DNA of 63,836 nt, the filler included, from Octopus bimaculoides (taxonomy: Eukaryota): assembly GCF_001194135.2 (NCBI RefSeq). It is 8 parts of 8 records of this genome, joined end to end, with 100 filler letters (N's around TTAATTAATTAA, not from the genome) between each part and the next. Parts side by side here need not be neighbours in the genome. Positions count along the whole stretch, not along the records: positions 9,591 to 13,845 come from NW_026377214.1; positions 13,946 to 29,451 come from NC_068990.1; 6 more parts are not named here. One strand, given 5' to 3'. This document shows positions 11,469 through 23,400 of the stretch, one piece after another. Within the stretch, counting starts at the first letter, position 1, and every line of letters starts with the position of its first letter. The position numbers and the translations under genes are program-made. The notes under the pieces are model-generated. The model saw only the letters and a list, made by a program, of their open reading frames with translations, was not told the origin of the DNA and searched no databases.

Positions 11469-11626
11469 GGCGGTGAGCTGGCAGAAACATTAGCATGTCG
11501 GACGAAATGCTTAGCGGTATTTCATCTACCGTTACATTCTGAGTTCAAATTCTGCCGAGGTCAACTTTACCGTTCATCCTTTTGGGGTTGATTAAATAAG
11601 TACCAGTTATGCACTGGAGTCGATGT
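11469..11626 (+). mobile_element. tRNA-derived SINE family B copy
   Basis: GGCGGTGAGCTGGCAGAAAC head and GAGTTCAAATTC B-box-like motif. Follows a (CATA)n tract. Confidence 0.85.
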
Positions 11627-14096
11627 TGTAGTGGCGCGAAATTATAGCCGCCATTGAGGAAGTACTATTCTGCACATGCAGTGCGCATGCATAGTAAAAC
11701 TGGTTCTTAAAGAGAGTTTCACTTTGTTAGGCAGTTGAGCTCAGACCTTCTACGTGACAACTCCTCGCTCCTCAACGAATTACCACTTCACCTCGATGCT
11801 TTCGATGGTGATAGCTATTTGTTTCTCTGGCAGGCATCAAGGAAGCCCTTAACCTTCCATTACCAAACTACAATCAAATCAGCGTCCATGATGTCCTGTG
11901 CCCACATATGCATATATATATATATATATATATATNNNNNNNNNNNNNNNNNNNNNNNNNNNNNNNNNNNNNNNNNNNNNNNNNNNNNNNNNNNNNNNNN
12001 NNNNNNNNNNNNNNNNNNNNNNNNNNNNNNNNNNNNNNNNNNNNNNNNNNNNNNNNNNNNNNNNNNNNNNNNNNNNNNNNNNNNNNNNNNNNNNNNNNNN
12101 NNNNNNNNNNNNNNNNNNNNNNNNNNNNNNNNNNNNNNNNNNNNNNNNNNNNNNNNNNNNNNNNNNNNNNNNNNNNNNNNNNNNNNNNNNNNNNNNNNNN
12201 NNNNNNNNNNNNNNNNNNNNNNNNNNNNNNNNNNNNNNNNNNNNNNNNNNNNNNNNNNNNNNNNNNNNNNNNNNNNNNNNNNNNNNNNNNNNNNNNNNNN
12301 NNNNNNNNNNNNNNNNNNNNNNNNNNNNNNNNNNNNNNNNNNNNNNNNNNNNNNNNNNNNNNNNNNNNNNNNNNNNNNNNNNNNNNNNNNNNNNNNNNNN
12401 NNNNNNNNNNNNNNNNNNNNNNNNNNNNNNNNNNNNNNNNNNNNNNNNNNNNNNNNNNNNNNNNNNNNNNNNNNNNNNNNNNNNNNNNNNNNNNNNNNNN
12501 NNNNNNNNNNNNNNNNNNNNNNNNNNNNNNNNNNNNNNNNNNNNNNNNNNNNNNNNNNNNNNNNNNNNNNNNNNNNNNNNNNNNNNNNNNNNNNNNNNNN
12601 NNNNNNNNNNNNNNNNNNNNNNNNNNNNNNNNNNNNNNNNNNNNNNNNNNNNNNNNNNNNNNNNNNNNNNNNNNNNNNNNNNNNNNNNNNNNNNNNNNNN
12701 NNNNNNNNNNNNNNNNNNNNNNNNNNNNNNNNNNNNNNNNNNNNNNNNNNNNNNNNNNNNNNNNNNNNNNNNNNNNNNNNNNNNNNNNNNNNNNNNNNNN
12801 NNNNNNNNNNNNNNNNNNNNNNNNNNNNNNNNNNNNNNNNNNNNNNNNNTATATATATATTATTATTATTATTATTATATGATTGAATGCCATACATCCT
12901 CTTCCAAGTAAGTCTTGTCTTAATAATTCTGATGCACACTCTATACGATTTTTTTACTCTTTCATTTTTCTGTCTTTCTCTCTTTTATTCTTTTACCTCC
13001 TCTTCTCCCACTATTCTATCCTATTACTCTGTCCCCCTCTCTCCCTCACTCCTCCTCCCTTACTCATGTGGCTCTTACATGACCATCAGCCATCTTTCTT
13101 TCTTCTCCTAATTTGTGTTTCTTTCTTTCTCTCCGTTGTAGCTGGAACAAGGAAGACGTGTTCTTGTCTGTTTCCTGTCCAAGCTTGATTTACGCATTTG
13201 CCACCACAACCTCATTTAGGCTTAGCAGCCCTTCCTGTTTGTTTTTACAGTCCTGTTTATGTTACCAATTTTGACCCTCCACAAAATCCCAAATTTTATT
13301 TAATTTGCTTTGCGAGAGCAACTGTTTTATCGAAAGCATATCTTGTTGTTAAATGCTCAAAATATGAGAGTAGAAAAAAACAGCCAACAACTGATGAAGG
13401 TCATTCTTTATGTAGTTTGCCTTGTTTTCCAATTGTGTCTTTCGTTGTTTGAAAAAATAATTCATATTCCATGTACTTGTACTTCATATTTTTTGTCGTA
13501 CACACTTCATGACGTCCTGTGCCCACATATGCATATATATATATCAAACAATAAGCAACACGGATTTCAAAAGTGATTGCAGTACGCACGTTTCATGCTA
13601 CTTCAATTTATTTAAGTAATGTGAGCATTACCTTAAATGCAATATGAAGAGCAATCTTCAGCTGCACGAAAAAATGTAGAAAAAAAGACATATTACAAAT
13701 GTGGCAACATATTAAAACCAAGTGGGAGAGAGCAGAGGAAGAATATATAAGTCCATCTTGACATAGCAGGGTCTATCAGGCTAGTAATTGATTCTAGACA
13801 AAAGTTTTAACTGTCTCAGAATTCTATTGTTTCTTATCTAGTGGTNNNNNNNNNNNNNNNNNNNNNNNNNNNNNNNNNNNNNNNNNNNNTTAATTAATTA
13901 ANNNNNNNNNNNNNNNNNNNNNNNNNNNNNNNNNNNNNNNNNNNNCAAACTCTACATTAGTATTGTTGTATTGAGTACAAAATTGTAAAGAAAGCTGCTT
14001 TGTTAAACTGAATTCATTAAAGAGACAAGAAAAATTATACACCTACACACACACACACACACACAGATGCATACATATACACCTGTATGTGTCAGC

Positions 14097-14130
<34 letters not shown>

Positions 14131-16893
14131 ATATTTTTTTAAATGTACTTATCTAAGTGTTTGTGTATGTTTACATTATAAATGTTCTCTTTATATTTTC
14201 TTTATATATATAGTGGTGAGAATGTTTGTTAGCTTTAGTTGTGAACAACTCAATTGCTTCTAGTTTCATGAACATATCTTTTCTCTCATTGTTCCTGAAA
14301 GTGGTTTGAAATGTTCCATTTTCTTTATTTATGTTGCTAAATCTATGTGAATTTATGTATGTGTTTGTGTCTGTGTGTCTATCTGTCTGTCTGTGTGTCT
14401 ATCTGTCTGTCTGTGCACATGTTTTTATATTTAAAATTTTCCTTCTGTGTTGGCTGTTATTACTTAGTAACTCAAGGCAGAGAGCTGGCAGAATTATTAG
14501 AGTGTTGGAAGAAATGCCTAGTGAGATACTTTCCAGCTATGTTGTGAGTTCAAATCATCTTGGAGTCATCTTTGCTTCTTATCCTTTCGTGGTCCCTAAA
14601 ATAAAATACAAGTTAAGCTCTAGGGTCAGTGGTATTGATGAACCCACCTCCCCTCAGAATTACTGGTCATGTGCCTAAATTTGAAAGTATTATTACTGAG
14701 TCATTCTAATTTACTGATACTCAGAGCCAGCTCATCAAGTGTCCTGGTGCCACAAATTTGTTTTTGTGGACATATGATCAGATGGCTTCAGTCTTGAACA
14801 TAACATCAACATCTTTTAATATATCACAGACTACTGTCCAATATCTTCTTTCTTCTTTAAGGCATTGTAATGAGATTGAGGGTAATTTGGCTGCTATTTT
14901 TAGAATGTTAAGGAACAATATAGAGCTGTGTTTTCCAAATTATTCAGAATGCTGGAGAATATTAATGAGCTGATGTTTGACATTGTTGACCATTTCATCG
15001 ACGCACACAACCCGGTCTGGGAATCGAACTCACTACCTCATGATTGTGAACCCAACACTCTAACCACTGTGCTATGTGCCACCACACATACATATACACA
15101 CATACACAAGCATATATATGTGTATTGCCTGCTTCATGTTTGTTTTTGTCCCCTCCACTGTTTTGAAGACTGATGTTCGTTTGTTTGCATGCCTATAATG
15201 TAGGAGTCTGGCAGAACCAGATTGATAAAATAAGCACCAATCTTGCAAGATTCAAAAAATAAGTACTATCTGGAGTGCAATCTATTTGACGCTAGACCTT
15301 TCAAGGCAGTACCCCAGCTTGGCCGTAGTCCAATGACTGAACCATGTAGAAATGATAAAAAATGAATAGTGGTAAGTTTTTGCTAAGTTCCTCAGACTGT
15401 GAGAATTTCTTGTGTTAAACTATTCTGGCTATACTAGCTAAGTGTGGCAACAATGTTAAGTTGTTGGCCCTTTAAGCAATGAAAATGCAACAAATATTAC
15501 AATTAACTAAAGCTGTCTATTTTATATCATTCTATGTCTTCCCTTTCTTTTCTACTGTCTTTGTTGATACCATTGAAGATATTTATCTCCATGCAACATT
15601 GTGGAACGATACTTTCAGTCGGTGACAACTTAATCCGCTCTGTGATTGCTATCAGCTTAGTATACCCACCACCAAAACAGACTCTGCAAGAAATCTCCAT
15701 GGATCATTGTGTAATGTCCATTGCATAGTTTGTTCTGTCTGTAGATCTTCTTACTGTTGATGAGCTTGCAATACAGATTTTTGCATTTCTTTCTCGAAAA
15801 TTGTCATTCAAGAAAGGAAGTTTCTGCATTGCTTACTCTGTCTCTCTGTCTCTCATTCAAGTAAACTGCATCAAATAGATGGTTTCTTCAAATTTATTAA
15901 TATGTACTTTTATAGTTTTTGTTATTTTTTAATCAGAATAGTCATGTTTTAGCAAATAGAGTTGATGATGATGGAAGATGGGATTGATTTTTATTTATTC
16001 CTTATCAATTCATTTTCTTATTTTTCTTTTACCTGTTTACAACATCTAAACTGTGTTTGAGCTAATGGAAACAAAATGTTCTAGCGCACACACACACACA
16101 CACACACACGTGTGTGTGTATGTGTGTGCATGAACATATACATACACTCCAATACACACAGTCCAGCTACAGTGTTCATGTAACAAAATGGCTGACACTG
16201 TTTTCTGGTCAGTAAGAGATGGCTAGTTTTATTTAGATTAAAGGAAAACATCACAGCTTTAAAATGTCTGAGATAAATTGGTGTTAATAAGATAATTATT
16301 GTGGATGAAATATCAATAAGATTCTGATTGGATAATTTAATAAATGCAATTATTTTGGATAACCCTTTGTATATTTGCATGTATGGGTGTTTATCTGTAA
16401 ACACAGTATACATACATACAGACATAGATGTGTGTGTGTGTGTATATAAACACACACATACACACACATACTAAATATATATGGTGATGACAATCATTAT
16501 CATCAGTGTCATTTTGTATCCACTTTCCATTCCATGCTCGTATGGGTTGGACAAGTTGTTGTTGTTCTATATGAATTGGAGGACCACATTTTCATAATTT
16601 CAGTTTTGATTTAGCTTCTGAGGTTGGCTGCCCTTCCTAAAACCATGTCCTGGGTACATTATTTCATGGTATCAGCACAAAAGAAGTTGGCACATCTCTG
16701 CCAAGACCAAAGGGTTCTTCCCGGATATTATAATGTTGGTGAGGGCAGTGATGTGCATATTTCATCCCATACATTTTTGTGCTGTTGGTTTCCCCTCTAC
16801 TTGGAACCACTTTCCCATGGCACCCTCCTTGTATTTCCAGTGTTATTCCCTACCACTATTGATCTCCCCACCTCCTTGTTTCTCACTCTCCAC

Positions 16894-16946
<53 letters not shown>

Positions 16947-17349
16947 GTTTTAGGGAAAATAACCAATTTTCAAGAACTCATCGATGAAAATCCACTATCA
17001 CATATAGAAAAATTAATAATTAAAAGCACAATAAATGAGTATAATATAAAGTAAAGTAAATATCATAAGATAAATATAATAAAAAGATTACACGTGTTTC
17101 ATAACCAATTTTCANNNNNNNNNNNNNNNNNNNNNNNNNNNNNNNNNNNNNNNNNNNNNNNNNNNNNNNNNNNNNNNNNNNNNNNNNNNNNNNNNNNNNN
17201 NNNNNNNNNNNNNNNNNNNNNNNNNNNNNNNNNNNNNNNNNNNNNNNNNNNNNNNNNNNNNNNNNNNNNNNNNNNNNNNNNNNNTTCCCTACCACTATTG
17301 ATCTCCCCACCTCCTTGTTTCTCACTCTCCACACACACACACACACACA

Positions 17350-17406
<57 letters not shown>

Positions 17407-19071
17407 TCATTCCTACTTAGCACCTCCACTCTTGTCATTGAGTACTCCTTTCTCTCTCCCCACTTCACATCATCTCCTTAATTTGGGCGAGTCGATAATG
17501 TTTTATTTCAATGTTCTTCTCCACCCACTTTTTCTACTGCTTCTAATCACCTCCTCCCTAGCCTGCTTCTATTTCCTTCATCTGAGAGGATTACTACCAA
17601 ACCATTCGCTTCACGGATTTACCTAATGAATGCTCATTTTAATTGGGTTTAGTTGGATTTCTTCTCCCTTTCTAGATATAATGAACCACAATAGCTATTG
17701 TTGATGAGGAGCTTTCTTCCACCATTACATATGTTTAACCTTTCTTTCTCCGATGATGTAATACTCAGCCTATGGAGTCCTAATTTGGCACATTGCAATA
17801 GCTGGGATATTCTAGAAGCATCTGTCAGAGACTATCTAAACCTTTTATTATTTAGCTAAATTAAATGTCCTTGTAAAAACTTGCCAAACTGTTTGCCTTT
17901 CCNNNNNNNNNNNNNNNNNNNNNNNNNNNNNNNNNNNNNNNNNNNNNNNNNNNNNNNNNNNNNNNNNNNNNNNNNNNNNNNNNNNNNNNNNNNNNNNNNN
18001 NNNNNNNNNNNNNNNNNNNNNNNNNNNNNNNNNNNNNNNNNNNNNNNNNNNNNNNNNNNNNNNNNNNNNNNNNNNNNNNNNNNNNNNNNNNNNNNNNNNN
18101 NNNNNNNNNNNNNNNNNNNNNNNNNNNNNNNNNNNNNNNNNNNNNNNNNNNNNNNNNNNNNNNNNNNNNNNNNNNNNNNNNNNNNNNNNNNNNNNNNNNN
18201 NNNNNNNNNNNNNNNNNNNNNNNNNNNNNNNNNNNNNNNNNNNNNNNNNNNNNNNNNNNNNNNNNNNNNNNNNNNNNNNNNNNNNNNNNNNNNNNNNNNN
18301 NNNNNNNNNNNNNNNNNNNNNNNNNNNNNNNNNNNNNNNNNNNNNNNNNNNNNNNNNNNNNNNNNNNNNNNNNNNNNNNNNNNNNNNNNNNNNNNNNNNN
18401 NNNNNNNNNNNNNNNNNNNNNNNNNNNNNNNNNNNNNNNNNNNNNNNNNNNNNNNNNNNNNNNNNNNNNNNNNNNNNNNNNNNNNNNNNNNNNNNNNNNN
18501 NNNNNNNNNNNNNNNNNNNNNNNNNNNNNNNNNNNNNNNNNNNNNNNNNNNNNNNNNNNNNNNNNNNNNNNNNNNNNNNNNNNNNNNNNNNNNNNNNNNN
18601 NNNNNNNNNNNNNNNNNNNNNNNNNNNNNNNNNNNNNNNNNNNNNNNNNNNNNNNNNNNNNNNNNNNNNNNNNNNNNNNNNNNNNNNNNNNNNNNNNNNN
18701 NNNNNNNNNNNNNNNNNNNNNNNNNNNNNNNNNNNNNNNNNNNNNNNNNNNNNNNNNNNNNNNNNNNNNNNNNNNNNNNNNNNNNNNNNNNNNNNNNNNN
18801 NNNNNNNNNNNNNNNNNNNNGGTGGCACATAAAATACATGATTTAGAACGTGGCCGGTGCCAGTACCGCCTGACTGGCCTTCGTGCGGGTGGCACGTAAA
18901 AGCACCCACTACACTCTCGGAGTGGTTGGCGTTAGGAATTGCATCCAGCTGTAGAAACTCTGCCAAATCAGATTGGAGCCTGGTGCAGCCATCTGGTTCA
19001 CCAGTCCTCAGTCAAATCGTCCAACCCATGCTAGCATGGAAAGCAGACATTAAACGATGATGATGATGATG

Positions 19072-19103
<32 letters not shown>

Positions 19104-20084
19104 GCTTGTGTATATATATATATATATGTTTGTATGTACCCACATGAGTGGTGTCCCAAACAAGAATGCAAATGTGGGTATAACATTTTCATTAATTGAT
19201 ACAGATTTGGCTTTGTGCCTTGAAATGATACTGGAATATATCCTTTACTTGCAAAAATAGGTAAGGGTTAATGTTAGGAAGGGCATCTGGCTGTAAAACA
19301 AAGACTCTGTATATTCATTTAACCTATGCTACCTTGGAAAAATGATCATAAAAGCAAACAACTGTTATACATATGTACATATGTGTGATATTTTGTGTGT
19401 CTGTGTGCTTCCATGTATGCTAACTTAGAGACAATTTCAGGTATGTGTAATTTATAGAATACTAATTTTGTTATTTCATATAATAATTGACTGTGATTGT
19501 TTTAATTTAGTTCTCTTTATTGGTTGGTTGTTTTTGTTTTTAAATTTTGTTTCAATTCTCATGTGGTCTGCCATTATTTATGCTGCTCACATTTCCAATA
19601 ATCAAACTTTTTCATTAACGTTTGTCTTTTCTTTCTTTTTGTGTATTTTTTTTCCCTCTTTTTTTAATCATGTGCTTTAAATGTATGTCTACATTTGATT
19701 TCTTAGTGACACTTCACTCATCCAGTTATAATTAAAAAAAAAAAAGTTTGTTTCGCTCTCTTGTGATACAGACCAAAGAAGGAGCCTCCATGTTGCCCTT
19801 CAACGTGTTAGACATAGCAACCAAATCAATTTTAAGCCAGACCCTACTGGGGATAATTCTAAATATTATCATATTTCATCTGTTTTCCATGATGGTGTCT
19901 GTGCACAATCATCACAGTCGGAATCAGTTCTTATTCACAGTTACTGCCCTTTTAGACAGGTTATAGGACCACAGCATGCCCCCAAATCTTAGTTTTTAGC
20001 ATGGTTTCAGTGGTTGGTTTCCCTTCCAAACATTAGCTACTTTACAGAGTGTATTGGGTGCATTTTATTGTAGCATCATCTCTA

Positions 20085-20474
20085 GGCGTAGGAGTGGCTG
20101 TGTGGTAAGTAGCTTGCTTACCAACCACATGGTTCCGGGTTCAGTCCCACTACGTGGCACCTTGGGCAAGTGTCTTCTACTATAGCCTCAGGCCGACCAA
20201 AGCCTTGTGAGTGGATTTGGTAGACGGAAACTGAAAGAAGCCCGTCATATATATGTATATGTATGTGTGTTTGTGTGTCTGTGTTTGTCCCCCCAACTTT
20301 GTTTGACAACCGATGGTGGTGTGTTTACGTCCCTGTAACTTTGCAGTTCGGCAAAAGGGACTGACAGAATAAGTACTAGGCTTCCAAAGAATAAGTCCTG
20401 AGGTCAATTTACTCGACTAAAGGCAGTGCTCCAGCATGGCCGCAGTCAAATGACTGAAACTAGTAAAAGAGAGA
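20085..20474 (+). mobile_element. Full-length tRNA-derived SINE family A with a CORE-like central segment; copies at 50517-51195 (+, gapped), 32490-32690 (-), 8684-8860 (+) and 4700-4910 (-)
   Basis: A-box TGGCTGTGTGG, B-box-like GGTTCAGTCCC, central CCTTGGGCAAGTGTCTT, internal TA/TG microsatellite and ...GTAAAAGAG tail. Closely matches the copy at 50517. Confidence 0.9.
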
Positions 20475-23400
20475 GGTTTTCATTCTCTTGTCAGGACTTA
20501 AAAGGTATTTCAATACTTTTCTTTCTGCTCAGTATACTATGTCAAAATATCAATGGGGATGGTCTTGGCTGGAATACCTTTATATAAAAATTTTCTCAGT
20601 AACATCTGGCCCAGGATTAAACAACTGCTTATTTGCTTGGTTACTGCTTTTGGCATTTTATCAAAGGTGATGACAGCATCGATCCAAAACATTCATCCTT
20701 CTCTACCTCCACTTTTCATGGGAGCAGATGTAACTGACAAGGCTGATAAAAGACAAGCAGATCCACTGGCACTGAGGGCACCGGAAGTGACTCTGAACAA
20801 CAGCGACATGGGGTTGATGACAATATCTCCTCCTCCTTTCATGCCACCTCCTGCATCATATATCACATTGTCATCATACAGCTGCATTGCTTATGAATTA
20901 TCATCTGTCAGTGAAAGTGTTTATCTCTATGTGGCATATATCTTGTGAAACTTGCTATTCTTTGTATGAATTAATAAGGTTGAGCTTAAAAAGTTGTGAA
21001 CTAGTGAACTAACAAAACATTCATCCACTATACTGAGCTGCATTATTATTTTATAGCCATCTCAGCTCTGACCAAAGAGATCTGTGATCAAAGGTATTCC
21101 ACCTAAGGCCTCACTATTTTTAAATTTTGCTGGGTTGGGCATTGTCAAGCTAGGGTTATATTATTTTATATGTCCAGGGACATTGAGAATTATTTCCTTT
21201 CATAGACATAGTCTACTACTTATGAGTTAGCAACTTTCTTACAGATATTTTTAGATTCTGTTAGCAATGGCATTTAATCAGCTTACATATAATGTTACAT
21301 TTTTGACCATTCCTTGAAGTAATAAATATCATGTCAGGTTATCAAGTCACATGACCACCTGTATAAACTGCAGAACACTTTACCAGATCAATGATGAGAT
21401 AGAGGGAACTCTATTGTAGTCACTAAATTTGCTGTAAATAGCTGTCAAACCTTCCTCAGGTCACACTCTGCTATCTTAAAGAAAGAAAGGGCACATTGGA
21501 TGATGTACTCTTTGATATAGTATGACAAGGTAAGAGACAAAATGATCACAGTCGGAATGTTTTTGGTTGTAGATCATCTCATTGAGGCTGGGGTTAAACA
21601 ACAACAACAACAACAACAACAATAAAAATACTTATAGATGTTTTATTGATATTAATTAATGTCCTCCTTCTCCTCATCATCATCACTCTCGTCTTTGATA
21701 CTAATATACCCCCATCAATTCTACCAATATCCTTATTTAGTGTGACATCGTTTAATCCATTCTCTTCTAGGTTAAGCTATTTTCAGCAGGAAGATCCTGA
21801 CTGGATCTGATACCATTTTTCTTGAAGGTCATTGGGATTTTTCCCTTGCAAAATAAGGTGTCACCTTTCTTTGTTAGCATTTCTATGTCTGCCAGACATG
21901 TTTCTTATTGACTGACTATCCATCTGGAATGTCATTCACCCATCTTTGATAATGGCTGCCTTTCAAATATCACTTATCACTTAGAGATTTTCATTGAAAA
22001 TCTGTTGAACATTGTACAGATATTCTAACACACGTGTTTTAAAACTAGTCTCTGACTGTGTTCATTTTGATCTCTTATTTGTATATTATGTAACTATACA
22101 GTCGTCATGTCCTCTTTATCTTCTCTATGTTAGTTGAGTGCCAAAACCAAGATGTTAATGCTATAATGATTCCATTATTAGCATTCTTTTGTTTGATTAC
22201 GTGACATGGATACAATATGTCAAACAGCTCTAGAAACTGAACAACATTCACATGTAATATTTTTACTGCATCATCTGCATCACTTTTAGAAATAAAATGC
22301 CAGAAACTGATGTGGCTTCTTGTGTTGGTCTCCATCCTACACACGTTGCTCAGATTTCACTAGCTAATCTTGCTGTGTATGTCTGATGAATAGAGGCTGC
22401 TGAATTTACAAAATACTACCTTTATGCTGAATTTGCATCGAGGAAAAAAGCTGTTTGCTTTCCTCAGTTGGACTACAATGGTGTTTGTCTGTGTAACCTG
22501 TGTGGAACCTTGGACAAGTGTCATCTGCTATAGCTTTGGGCTGACCAAAACTATAGCAGCTTTGGGGTCAGTTCGTTAGACTAAAATACTTCAAAGTGGT
22601 GCCCCTCCAATCCAATGGCTGAAACAAGTAAAAAGACTCCTAAAACCAGTAAACATTGGCACACAGTACTGGGTAGAGATTAACCATTTAACATTTAAAC
22701 AGGCCTTATCTGGCTAAAATATTCTACCATTGTTTTTTTGTTGTTTTTTTTCAAACTAACTAAATCCAGCCCCTCACACTTACTCTACAGTTTCATTCTA
22801 AAAATGAATAATCACATCATAGAAATCTTGGAGTTACGAGATGTTACGTGATTAATCCAAAACAATGTGAAGATATAAGCATTACTTTTGAAAGAGTAAT
22901 CTAAATGCTTAAGAATTATGGATGACTGTAGCAGATGGCAAGGTTTTGTTGTGTGGTGGTAGGTCTGGCATGGAAACTGATTCAGAACTCGTCTCCAGAA
23001 AGACGAATCCTAACACAAAGTACACTGCTCATCAAACAGCCCAACAACAAGCTGCACGAGAGACTACCGTTCGGGCATTAGCCTCCAGAGCTATATTTGA
23101 TGTTATTTCAAAAACATTGTGACAGATATCTACAGTACTTAATCTAATGTCAACCGTAGCTGTACTGTACTGCACTGCAGTATATTTCTTTTTCCTCATC
23201 ATCAGTGATTTCATTAATGTCAGTTCTTTTCCACTTGAACAATGTCAGGTACTACAAAACAATTTTAGCTACTACAAAAGTCCTACTGTCATCTTCATAA
23301 TTTCTATTATACAATAAAGTATTCTAGATTCTGGCAGATGCCCAGCTAAGTCTTCTTAAGATATTACATAGTGTGGTGTCTGTATTACATGTATACGTAG

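Noticed and set aside
11735-12939. 300-380 aa ORFs; likewise 17848-18966, 33415-34347, 42116-42769 and 57860-59029
   Set aside because: They are open only because they cross N gaps.
15010-15080. tRNA-like sequence on the minus strand with A/B boxes
   Set aside because: The acceptor stem does not pair. It is a tRNA-derived SINE head, not a tRNA gene.
16846-17400. Direct repeat of TTCCCTACCACTATTG...(CA)n at 16846 and 17285
   Set aside because: The copies flank a sized gap and end in a microsatellite of different length. This cannot be told from a haplotype or assembly duplication.
20700-20800. LRAPEV resembling the kinase subdomain VIII motif
   Set aside because: No DFG upstream and no DxWS downstream. 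Chance match.
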